Assembly (NCBI GenBank): GCA_001655205.1
Contig: LPNZ01011587.1
Coordinates: 1-41,685, forward strand
Reading direction: 5' to 3'
DNA: 41,685 bases
Origin: Lenisia limosa
Taxonomy: Eukaryota > Protista > Breviatea
The stretch's first letter is position 1. Every line of letters starts with the position of its first letter. Shown here piece after piece: positions 12,801-24,200 of this stretch. The position numbers and the translations under genes were made by a program. The notes beneath the pieces are model-generated. The model was not told the origin of the DNA and ran no database searches. It saw only the letters and a list, made by a program, of their open reading frames with translations.

Positions 12801-15800
12801 ACCTTCTTTTTCCAAATGAAAAGTCACAGAAATAACGAGGAATGTCCAAACGGGTTTTCAGAAAAGATCTCAAAGAGCCTCACCCTAATTGGAAGCCTAG
12901 AGACATCATCCCTCACACCAGGCCAAGAGGCAGTCTGGAACTGTGTCACCTTCAAAGTTTTTGAACTGAACTGTGTTCTTGAGAATGGATTCTTAACCGA
13001 TCTCTTTGCTTTTGACAGTTTTTTTTTTTCAGTAACAATATAACTATCGTCTTTTTTGACTTTCTTTTTCTCTATCTTTTTCAGTGGTTGAGTTTCTTTT
13101 TTTAACAAATAATAATGATTGAATACAGTGAAAGGATGACAGACCCAAGTCGGTCACACTCAACCAGAGAGCAAAAGCCGCGTTATGAATCCCCTCGCCC
13201 TCAACAGGCGTCACAGCGTTCCTACGAATCCCCCCGTCCAGTCGAATTCAGAGTAAGAGGCCATTATATTTGTATTGTAAGTTTTGACTTTTGACTTTCA
13301 GCCCAAAATACGACCACTACTTTGCTCTTTGACACATGACCGCTCACCATCACAGGCGTCAAGAGAGACCATTGGGCCAACCCCTCCGTTGGACTTCTCT
13401 CAACTGCAGAATACAGTGGGCTACCTGCACTCCTCCTCCAACTGTTGAATGCAGATGGCAAAATCTTGGATTTAGCAAAAAAACGACTTTTTGATCTCGT
13501 TCAACAAATTATACTACTAATATACACCCCTCATACACACAGCCGTCAAGAGAGAGTCTTCAGAGCGCAGCAATGTCTAATAGAAGGTATGAAGTGCGTC
13601 TTTTCACTTCACTTGGATTTTTTTAGCATGTTTGCCATACCTCCTTTTTCATATTTATTTTATCGTTTCGATTTACGATATTTATAATATTTACGATAAT
13701 TACTATACAATATTTACGATATTAGGCCTCGCCCGCTGGTCCCTCAAGGTGGAGAGGTGTGGACGGACCCCTCATCGGAAACACTCAACTCTGGCCGCGG
13801 CACACCGAGAGACCAGGCTCGTGCGGCGGCCTTGGCTTCGGGAGGTAAGTAGTATTGTTAAAATACAGGAGTGTTCTCTCAAAGAAGTCAGGAGGATTAT
13901 TGATAGTTGACAATATTGACGTTGACAGCAACACGGCCTCACGAAGGCACTTCCGTGATGTTTGGTGGTGACTCTTCAGATTCGTCTTCGTCCAATAGCG
14001 AAGAGCTCGATAGATTGTGGGTGATTTCAGCGACTTCTTTATCAGGTTCATAAAACCACAGAACTTTGGATTTGGGTAATCATTAGGGCTTCACTTCGGT
14101 TCGAAAAAAGACTGAATTTATCGTTTAATCTTTGAAAACTATCTATATTTTGCCAGTCTTTTTCGAACCGAAGTGAAGCCCTTGGAATCATACTCTAATT
14201 CAAATTCGAATAAAACTCTTTTCATCGATTAATTGGCATGATTATATTTTTTATTCCTCCCTCTTGGACCAGCCCAAGCCCTGAAATTTCTATTCAGCCA
14301 TCCACTCCGACCGGGCAAGATACCTCCCGGTTTGTAGATTGTTTTCAATATACAACCGTCTCTCAAATTGTGTAACATTTTTGGTGAAAACCAGTTTTCA
14401 GTGATATTTAACCGAAGACCACCAAGTCCCAAAACTAATATTTTTAGGAGCCATGCTTTCTCAGACAAACGACCAAACCACCTGACAAGTAAGCATCTAC
14501 AAGTATTTTTTGAATCATTTAGCTAATTAGACAATTTGGCGGTATACATCTCAAAACGTGTAATTCATCCCCCCCCCCCNNNNNNNNNNNNNNNNNNNNN
14601 NNNNNNNNNNNNNNNNNNNNNNNNNNNNNNNNNNNNNNNNNNNNNNNNNNNNNNNNNNNNNNNNNNNNNNNNNNNNNNNNNNNNNCCCTCCATCGTCAGC
14701 TACACAAACAACATCACCCACGCGGTTGACGAGCTTGTTGACGAAGCCATTGGAGAGGATGACTTACTCAACATGTCCCTGGATGTATGCCAAATGTTAT
14801 GGACTGTTTAATAACTATTTATATATACTATATCATATGCATATAGTATTTAGTACATATACTATGTAACATATATAGGTTGGTGGTAAAACCGCGAACA
14901 TGATTAAAACCGCGAACAAGCCAAAAATCGACATAAATCGCTTCAANNNNNNNNNNNNNNNNNNNNNNNNNNNNNNNNNNNNNNNNNNNNNNNNNNNNNN
15001 NNNNNNNNNNNNNNNNNNNNNNNNNNNNNNNNNNNNNNNNNNNNNNNNNNNNNNNNNNNNNNNNNNNNNNNNNNNNNNNNNNNNNNNNNNNNNNNNNNNN
15101 NNNNNNNNNNNNNNNNNNNNNNNNNNNNNNNNNNNNNNNNNNNNNNNNNNNNNNNNNNNNNNNNNNNNNNNNNNNNNNNNNNNNNNNNNNNNNNNNNNNN
15201 NNNNNNNNNNNNNNNNNNNNNNNNNNNNNNNNNNNNNNNNNNNNNNNNNNNNNNNNNNNNNNNNNNNNNNNNNNNNNNNNNNNNNNNNNNGCATCTTCTA
15301 TCATATTTTCGCCCATTTATGGGAAATTTACGCTCTTTTTTGCCCTATTTGTCTCGTATTCTCTACTTAAATGCCTCTAGGTTACTTAAGAGTGGAAAAA
15401 AAATCAAATCTGATGGTGCAAGAACGTCTTCACTTTATCGCAGGGACAATTCTAGGCCATAATCAGTGTTTTTAATGTATTTCGCATGAAAAATTGAAGT
15501 ACCATGAAGGTGGTATTTTGCATGTATGTTGATACCCCTGCCTATTCTTCTGAACAAAACCCTGTATAAAGGAGTGTTTCGGGCGATAATTTGAAAAAAT
15601 GCGAAAGAGGCGTAAATAAGGAGCGTATTGACTCAAAATTTGAAAGAAAAGCCTCCTTTTTGTTCGCGGTTTTAATCATGTTCGCGGTTTTACACTATAA
15701 TACTATATGCAATTCCCCATCAACGTAATGATGATATTTTAACTGCCCCCTCACTATCAATTTCTGTTTTGAATTTCCTAATGCTCTTGTACACCTTGAG

Positions 15801-17918
15801 CTTCTCAAAAGTGACCATTTTTCTTTTCTTTACGATACGATAATATAATTTGAAATACGCCTCTTTACACTTAAGGAAAAGCGAAAGGCCAAAAAACAGT
15901 GGAAGGGTGCCGTTTCAAGGATTATTGACTCCATGCGCAAGACCAACTCTGTGGACCCTGTGAGCAATGCTGAATTTTTTTTGGCAGGAATATTGTTCTT
16001 TATTTGAACACAAAACTCTGTAATTGCATTTCAAAAGACCATCGATGGAGAGCTACACTGATCACTTCAAAATCATATGTTTTGTCACACTTTAGGCCAT
16101 TTTGAAGTCTGCTAAGGCTCAGAAAGGAGCCGTTATGCGTCTGCTTCAGGACATTCGGAGAGGCAAGGATCTGCGAACAACTGGAAGTGGTTGGAGGGCT
16201 GTAGTCATCTTTAAACTGTGATGAGTAATACTGAAATATAATGACCTGGAAGTTCAGGGGACAGAATTGGAGAGTGAGAAGACTATTCTTTTGATTTGAC
16301 TTTGAGCCTAACCCATCATAGAACTGGAGAAACAGACCAACCCCATGGACCTTCTGCTGTTCACAATCCAACGAGGCCGTGAGCTGAGGAAAGTAGACAT
16401 GGACGAAGTGGAGAATAACAAAGTACGGGGGGGCATGTTGCTTGTACTTTGAGCTAAGACAGTTTTTTTTTGTGTGAGTCTTTGGATGAGTTGGGCGTCT
16501 TCTTAAGAATTTTTGTTAATCATGTGTTAGAAATACGCCGAAGACACGGCTGTACTTAGGGTGGTCATCCAGTATATATGATGATATAATATATAATATA
16601 TGCATATAGGTACATGTATATTATATTTCTTTTTGATTTGCGCCTGACCTCATGACCCCATGAAAAAAAAAAAAAAAAAAAAAANNNNNNNNNNNNNNNN
16701 NNNNNNNNNNNNNNNNNNNNNNNNNNNNNNNNNNNNNNNNNNNNNNNNNNNNNNNNNNNNNNNNNNNNNCTCTACGCTGGAGAACATTCTCCTGTCAGCT
16801 ATGGAGGCGAGAAAGTGCGATGGGTTACTGGCTTCCCATCCTCTGGAAAAAGACCAGAAACAACTAATTCAACACGTGCTATTACTATCAAGTTATATAA
16901 CGGAATAGAATAGAGGCTCAGCGTTATAGTTTCCATCTATTGTAACGCTTCCTTTTGGTACAACGCAAATCTGAATATCCTAATCAAGGTTGATATTTTT
17001 ATGACTTGTAAAGAACTTTGATTTCCCTATTACTATCATCATCATAGATTATTAACCGCTTTAGATCATGCCTTACCCAGGATGATTCGGATAATGACTC
17101 AGTTCCCCCTGAGGACCTGGATGAATGGTTTGTGGACCATAGAGACCAATAATACCATAGAGACAACGATAATACCATAGAGACAACGATAATACCATAC
17201 ATACTAGTTATTATATTATATGAAGAATTCTTAGACAGGGACTACAATGATAGAATTTTTCACAGAAACACATCTATACAACACGCTCCCTCAGGGCTAT
17301 CATTCAATCATTGACCTCGCAGGTACGAAGAGGACGAAATGCCCTCGTACGCTCCAAGCCCCGTGTCCACACCACCCCCTCCAGATGGCACCAAAGGCTT
17401 TAATGATGGTGGGGGCGATGGGATATGATGCCACTTTTTTTGCATTATTTCTGAATTGAGTCCAACATTTCAGATCTTGACGTGGCACTAAACCAGCTTT
17501 CAACACCAACGTAAGAAATATTAAATAGCTAAGAACTTTAAAAATGAATGCTATTATTATGTTGTATTCTGACTTGTTTGCTTTGCATACCCAACTCAAT
17601 TTACCTCATCCAGCCCCACACCTCCGCCACCCCTGGACCTTCTCCCACCACCGCCTCCGGCATCCACCCTGCCCATGTCATTTTCAGGCCCTCTCCCCGC
17701 CCCNNNNNNNNNNNNNNNNNNNNNNNNNNNNNNNNNNNNNNNNNNNNNNNNNNNNNNNNNNNNNNNNNNNNNNNNNNNNNNNNNNNNNNNNNNNNNNNNN
17801 NNNNNNNNNNNNNNNNNNNNNNNNNNNNNNNNNNNNNNNNNNNNNNNNNNNNNNNNNNNNNNNNNNNNNACCGTCTGAATTTGTCAAAAACAAATCCAAA
17901 AAAATACTATTGAGCTGA
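6881..17918 (+). CDS. Large low-complexity S/P/Q-rich protein with a coiled coil, polyproline tracts and a WH2-WH2-C-A module; WASP-family (JMY/WHAMM-like) actin nucleation-promoting factor candidate
   Basis: Exon chain from MENLHRPENT (6881) includes 7617-8400, the coiled coil at about 9460-9680 (EEIVREWQKIEAAR...ELRARQ), 11323-11820 and 12011-12152. Further exons: 16096-16189 (AVMRLLQDIRRGKDLRTT), 16322-16422 (PMDLLLFTIQRGRELRKV), 16770-16814 (STLENILLSAMEARK), 17065-17127 (SCLTQDDSDNDSVPPEDLDEW), 17323-17408, about 17474-17510 and 17613-17703 (PTPPPPLDLLPPPPPAS). Phases agree at most junctions checked, but N gaps interrupt the chain. It could be two genes split at about 10610-10840, and the 3' end is uncertain. 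Confidence 0.7.
9911..10006. mobile_element. hAT-type mini-MITE (family A), copy 1
   Basis: TIR tagggcttcactacggtccgaaaaagac. Perfect 8-bp TSD agtatcac at 9903-9910 and 10007-10014. Confidence 0.9.
14084..14183. mobile_element. hAT-type mini-MITE (family A), copy 2
   Basis: About 29-bp TIR agggcttcacttcggttcgaaaaa(a)gactg. 8-bp TSD gtaatcat / ggaatcat (7/8). Confidence 0.9.
14878..15696. mobile_element. Non-autonomous DNA transposon (MITE-like family C), copy 2, intronic
   Basis: Same termini, orientation and internal sequence as 1248-2180, for example catcttctatcatattttcgcccatttatgggaaatttacgctc. Internal N gap. Confidence 0.85.
17137..17199. repeat. 20-bp tandem repeat, about 3 copies, in the intron after the acidic exon
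   Basis: Unit aataccatagagacaacgat at 17151 and 17171, a partial copy at 17191 and a degenerate copy from 17137. Confidence 0.85.
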
Positions 17919-18159
17919 CGTCATATTCGGGGGGAGGGTTGGAAAATTTCCAAGGATTTGGGAAACAAAACGGGAATATTTACAGACTGGAAATATTCTG
18001 TGATGGTGTTTGATGAAACATCTAGTAAAATTTAACGCCCTCAAACAGTTGAGCTACAGGCCTGAGGGTTTTCTGAAGATACATAATAACGGTTGGCACA
18101 CCCCATAGGAGACGTCTTTGAGAGACCTTGAGTGATTAGATAAACACGGTTATATTTAC

Positions 18160-18251
18160 TAGGGCTTCACTTTGGTTCGAAAAACCCTAAAATATCGATT
18201 CGAGGATTTACCGAAAATTTCGGTCTTTTTTCGAACCGAAGTGAAGCCATA
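18160..18251. mobile_element. hAT-type mini-MITE (family A), copy 3, between convergent genes
   Basis: tagggcttcactttggttcgaaaaa ... tttttcgaaccgaagtgaagccata. Flanks atatttac / attattac (6/8). Confidence 0.85.
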
Positions 18252-18306
18252 ATTATTACACCTGCATATGACGAAAAGAAAACACTCTCACTCTCTATGA
18301 GTGAAT

Positions 18307-20685
18307 TTACACGCACTGCGTGGTGCTGTACGATGTTGAATCCACCATACCAAGGTAAAACTGGCAGTAATTGGCAGCTTGGTTGTAGTACGAGCCATTG
18401 CACATTGCTGGTGAAGTGGCAGACGCCCGTAATCGGTCAAGCTGGTGGTCAGGGTAGAAAGATAGAATTACGAGAGTGATATTGATTTTCTACTCATGTC
18501 AAAGTGTGGTCAAATTATGATAAACTCCCCAAATAGTATGACACAACAATCTAAACAATAAATAGTGTCATCAAGATCGCCAAAAAAAAAACGAAACAAC
18601 TGTACAGCACCAAAAGAAGTGGAGAATGACAATTCAAGTATTATTACATGATTCATTGGAGCGTGAATAATGACCCCCCCCCCTACTCCGATTCCAATTT
18701 TCCCATGAATCCACGTAACCGGGTCGTTGCTAGTACGTAATTTCAAGGATAATAGGGCATTCAAGATCAACAAAGTGCCAAAAATGTTAATACTATTGTA
18801 TGCAACGGGGAGGGGGGGGNNNNNNNNNNNNNNNNNNNNNNNNNNNNNNNNNNNNNNNNNNNNNNNNNNNNNNNNNNNNNNCATTTTCAATGGAACCACC
18901 GAACACGACTAAATATCGTTAATCACTTGAAGAGTTTAAAACAGAGCTTCCTTAAAATATGACCGTATGATGCACTTAGGATAAAGGTGGTTGTCTTAAA
19001 AAGTTTGCATTGCGGAATAATTCTCAGGGCTCATTAAAAAAAACTGATCTTAGTATTTCCATGCGGTATGAACAACATACCACTCCGTCTGTGGTATTCT
19101 GAAGGTTCACAAGAACCTCCCCGAACGGCGTGGTGTCACCCTTGGTCTGGTCCATGGGGTATTCAGTGGCTACAGCGGATAAGACTGTTCCAGGGGACCA
19201 GGGTTGAGAGAACTATGTCGAATCAGATCATACAAGTATTGCATTATATTCCACAGTATTGGATATTCCTGCCATCTTACCTCCTAAAAACCCGATAGGG
19301 TTTACTATGGGGGTAGTGTAGAAGTATTCTGGAATATAGAGGCCAGCTATGGAGTTAATACAATAAACGAGCTTCAGTACTGTGAAGAAATCTAAAACCC
19401 AACCGCCCCACCTGTATCTGAGGTGTAGCGGGTAGTCCAAAACTCAGTGGGAGGATCGGGTGAGTGGTAAGCATTCAATCCAAAAAACCTAAATATTAGC
19501 AAAACAAAAGTTGAGAATCGAACATTCTTTCAGCATCCCCTAACTTGAGATAACCCTTTGAATTGCGATAAATGCACTTTCCAACAACATCCTAAAACAA
19601 TATTAATTTTCTAGTAGTACATTAGCATATCATCATCTACGAATAAAATATGTTCAATGAAAGGAGCTGAAAGAAAAAATATTAGACGAAGGTTACGTGA
19701 AATTATCAAAATACACTTGATTAACCCTTCAAAAAGCAACATATGAGAACCAAAAGGATGATATTTGAATAGCTACAATGATGTGTACATAATGTGGTTT
19801 CCCCCACCTTTCCATCAATATGCAGTGTCACTTCACCCTCCGGCAGGCCTCTTTCCATGGCTTTCGTGCAGGTGGCGGGAATGTCTAGAATTTGATAAAC
19901 ACACGGATTTCTTGGCAGAAATATATTCTATTTCACAATGGACCGCATGTTTCGATTGTTATTACCAAAATTGTTTGTTCACAACGGCTACCCGTGCGTA
20001 CTAACAAGCTCATAAAGTTTCACCAGTTCTTCGCTGCCAAAGGTCTAGAAGAATGAAGAACAAGACATCTACGCCTCTAATATGATTCAGCATACGTGGG
20101 TGGCACCGTTTGAAGTGAACGACAGGGAGCTATTGCCGACGTTCAGGCCTCCTTCGACGTCAAGACCAGAATCAACAGTCAAGTGACCGCCGATATTGGC
20201 ATTGTTGGCAACAGAAAGGCGATTAACTTCAACCCCTTCGGCCCTGTTGTGGTGAGAGGTATGATTATGTTTTGACACCACTTCCACTGTGGTTAAACTA
20301 ACTTTGCTCCGCACTCTTTACAACAATACAATAATTCGCCCATTCATATCAACATATTAACCCACACTTCTGTGAATAAGTACTTCCCAGACTTACTTAA
20401 TTTCACCAGTTGGCTGGATAATGCTGAAAAGTGAGAGTGGGGGACTTGGCTTGAATAATCCAGACACTATGCCAACAATTCGTTTTGGCAATGAACAATG
20501 AGAACACTTTGGCAATGAACAATGATAACAAACCATATATCTCAGTGGAAGCGAGGAGGATTATATTCTCCTGGTCTTAAAAATGCAGCCCAAAAGCCCC
20601 TCCCCTCATACAATGCATTTGATGAATATATTAGCAGTAAAGCTATAAAGAATAAGCCTAGGAGGCCTGGAGAACTTCCTAACAT
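18307..20685 (-). CDS. Secreted protein of unknown function with 6-residue beta-strand repeats (tail-fibre / triple beta-helix-like) and a Cys-containing C-terminal region
   Basis: Exons 20685-20612 (MLGSSPGLLGLFFIALLLIYSSNA, signal-peptide-like), 20423-20397 and 20243-20096 (AEGVEVNRLSVANNANIGGHLTVDSGLDVEGGLNVG) have exactly matching phases. Further exons give TFGSEELVKLYELV, NIPATCTKAMERGLPEGEVTLHIDGK, FWTTRYTSDT, AGLYIPEYFYTTP and, after an N gap, NDPVTWIHGKIGIG-LDRLRASATSPAMCNGSYYNQAANYCQFYLGMVDSTSYSTTQCV with the stop at 18307-18309. Confidence 0.75.
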
Positions 20686-21230
20686 TCTTCTGGTTCTGAC
20701 TTCTTTCCCCTTCTTTCTTTTTTGTGCCACTATGTTTCGATATCGAATATAATATTTTTTTTCAGCTGGGATACAATTATAGAACTTTACGCCGGCGGGT
20801 ATATTCTCGGAAAATTTAATAAGACCCGAAACGCCCCGGGAAATAGAACTTTGAACCAACTTTAATGCATCAATAATCGGGGGGTATGTTCACCCGAGAA
20901 ACATCAAACGTCTCATCTTTTGCATGGGAAGTCCCGAAATTGAACTTCACACAAACCCTCCTAGGGGTTATACAACATAAAAACTACGTCAGGAAGCTAT
21001 TTATGATACTGTACTAATACTAAAATATCACTCCTGATATTGTCCTGATATACACAATCTCAGAATATAATCTATAAGAGTTGTATTAATAAATTACGTG
21101 TCATGAATACAACCGTATTTTGTAAGACATGTGGTAATTTCGTTTAGAAACGGGATAACAACATATAAATATCAAAATTACTGAACACAAAGAACCAGCA
21201 GTCTTCAACCAAGACTCGGTCTGGTTCTCT

Positions 21231-24200
21231 TTAGGCTCTCAGAGGAGACCATTCGTATGCAGTTGATACTACAGGGCTCTGGTTGAACACCAGTGGTAAT
21301 CGCGTACATGCTACGAGGTGAAAATTTACTAATTATTCATTTTGAAAGTCTTTATACTAGATATTCATTAATAATAACAACTAATATAATGAGATCTCTG
21401 GGAAAGGTCAGCTTACCTGCCATTGTATGCAAATCTACAAGCATTGTGTTTGATGGACACAATTCCTCAAGTTCCTGAACTCTTTTCATCAGTGCACCCC
21501 ACTAAAAGAGTCACAATGTTTTTGATATACGAAATGTTCAAGTAACTAAATCAAATTGACAAGTAATCTTACCAAGATGAAGCGTGGCTGTTGGGAAGGT
21601 ATAATTGCGGTTACTATGCTTCCTGATGCGATTCCAACTGTCAAAGAAAGGGGAAAACTCTCATGACTCTGAAATGGTTATCCCGTAGGACTTGAAAAAA
21701 TTGGCCGTGAATTACAGTTTCAAAATATAGTTCGGTTACAACTGTGAAAATTTATCTTAAAATATCCAAGACAAATAATGAACTGCATAATATCTAAATA
21801 GAGTGTTACCTGGAATTTTTCAAGGTGTTTTGAGAGGATGACAGAGGCGGTCGTAACCGAAGAGGTCTCGTGCTGCTTGCTTGTGTCGGGTACTCCGGAT
21901 ATACCCTGAAAATAAGGTCCCGTAGGACACCACATCACGTGCCACCTCAATGTTAAGATCTTTTATATTGCTTCAGAGGGGAGGGATTTGGGCAATCATA
22001 ATCGGACCAAAATACATAGTCTATCTCACATTCATGCAGTCTTCTGGGCCCACCGTTACAACTCAAATTCAACATAAATACTGTTACCCTATTGAATCGT
22101 TACCCTGATACGTAATGACTCTGCCACCCAACCAAACATACCATCCAAGTGTCGCCATCAGTAAAGGCGTTGTAGACTCTGTTGGACTTCGCAGTTTCCG
22201 TGTACATTTTTTGCAACCAGTCCAATGTAAATATAGCTGTAGTGGGCTGAAATTGTGAAAACACACCCATTTTTTGATTTTCAGATGTTCTATAATCCGA
22301 CATACGGAAACACTTTGAAAGAATTTGTCGAAGTTTTTGGCGGAAACCTAATGGTAAATTACATTGTAAATGTGACATTACACATGTATGACATTACATA
22401 GCAAAATGTAAAATTCAATTCACAAATAAATTTGGCCTTTAATGTTGTTCTTACCCGAATAATAGTGACAGAAGTGTAGGTGTTTGATATTACCTTCTTG
22501 GATTTCAGGAATACATTTACACTACAAATTGATTAATTAAAATAATTGGTACACCATGCAAGTCAGAGTAATAAGTTAATATAGATATAAGTTTATTTGT
22601 CTTTATATGCTCTTGTGAAGCAGATTCATACCTATAAGATGGAAGAAGTAGTTCATAAATTGCTGCCGCTGATCTTCTTTGAGATATCACTACTCCCTGA
22701 AAGTATGACTTTGCTAACTTTTGAGCAAAAAGATTCAAATTATTGTTTCATAAATAATAGTATATAATGCTTTTTTTAATAAACAACTTATTCAACGTAT
22801 TTTTATCTGCATATTCATAGGTAGATGTATTCACTCACTTCTCCGATGAATTGCGTTCGGCAAGAAACCTCGCGACGGACAGACAAAACAGAACATCCAA
22901 TAATAGTGAGCAAGAAAATGAACACAATTTCACTAAAATACGTGAATATAAATTTTTTTCAATCATATAGTGTCACAGTAGTTTTGGTTTTCATACCAAA
23001 AGTTTGCGTAAGATCTTATTAAATCCCCGTTTTTTTAGATTTGAAATATTCAAACTCTCAGATATATTCTGTTTGAGGTCTGAATCTTATTCTTTATTTA
23101 TTAAACCAGAATGCTGTACTCCTAACCTCAACAGGGTCAAATTGAGACTTGTTTGAGAAAAAACAATAATCTGTTTCACTGATACAGCTCCCAGGATTGC
23201 CAAACTAAAATGTCAACCTGTTGCACTATTGTTTGATTAGTGTTGATAATTCAATCAATGAAAATAGTCTATAAAAAGCTCATTATATTGAATTATAATT
23301 TTGAGCCAACTTTTCATGTGCGAGAACCGGTGTAACACTTGATATTATTACAAGTATTCCACAAATTTTGGTGAGACGGAGAGGTTTGGAGTTATCAATT
23401 TCACTGGGCAGGGGTCCAGACAACATTGCAAACACTAAGCAACTGAGCAGCATGACCCCTCTTTGATACCTGGAAGGTAAATAGGTCAATATTAATGGTA
23501 CAATCAGACCTTCTTGCCTTTTCAGAGTTGAGTACTATCAGACAGAATATCATCGTCACAAGTTCAAAATACATGATCATTATTCTTGTCTAGATGGGAG
23601 TTATCATATTAATAAAGGTGATATATTTAGATTAGGTACTTATAGTGATGTGTTATTTCGATCTGATACCAAAGAAAAGATTTTTTTCTAATTTCCAAAT
23701 GCTTGTTTTACTCGCTTCTTTGGGAACTATTTGTACATTGAAAATGTTCTAGTATTTTTATTGAATTCATGTACCTCCCCTCAATCCACACCAAACCTCT
23801 GAGTATGTTGAGCAGCCAATAACGTAACCCAGGAGGGTGACAATCTGATATAATGTCAACAACCAGCCAAGTAAGTATTATTACATCATATAATATGTAC
23901 ATAGTACATGTATATTACATGGGAATTGTTGTTTGTAACCTACCAAGATACATTGCACGCAAAAAATCAAGGACCGGAAAAGGCCCTAAGAAGTAAAAAC
24001 CTATTAATGTACACATGTACATGCCCATTTGAAGGTTTAAATATTTAATATAGTAGCTGCACTACTCTGTAACCAGCTCTAGCTCCAATAAAATAAGAGC
24101 CAACTGCTCAGTTTGTGATATTACATTATTTTGGTTGGACTTAAATCTCACTAAGTAGCATGCGCTATAATCCTCGCGAAATCGAGACTCCAGATCATTG

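Noticed and set aside
16660-16684. Poly-A tract as a retrotransposon tail
   Set aside because: No element body or TSD is visible, and the adjacent sequence is a gap.
17916-17923. TGACGTCA (CRE-like palindrome)
   Set aside because: About one 8-mer hit is expected by chance in 42 kb, and it lies at gene 3' ends.
20298-20312. Possible microexon (agtgcggagcaaa) in the secreted-protein gene
   Set aside because: Exons 20423-20397 and 20243-20096 join in phase without it, and including it breaks the frame set by exon 1.
20483-20525. 18-bp direct repeat tttggcaatgaacaatga (two copies)
   Set aside because: It is a simple intronic duplication with no sign of function.
21240-21320. Plus-strand peptide LWLNTSGNRVHA resembling a GH43 N-terminus
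   Set aside because: It is antisense to the last exon of the cyclase-like gene and has no supporting plus-strand exons.
22830-24130. Rhodopsin-cyclase fusion
   Set aside because: The TM helix before the cyclase domain has no retinal-binding DxxxK motif, and the layout is two TM blocks with two cyclase domains.
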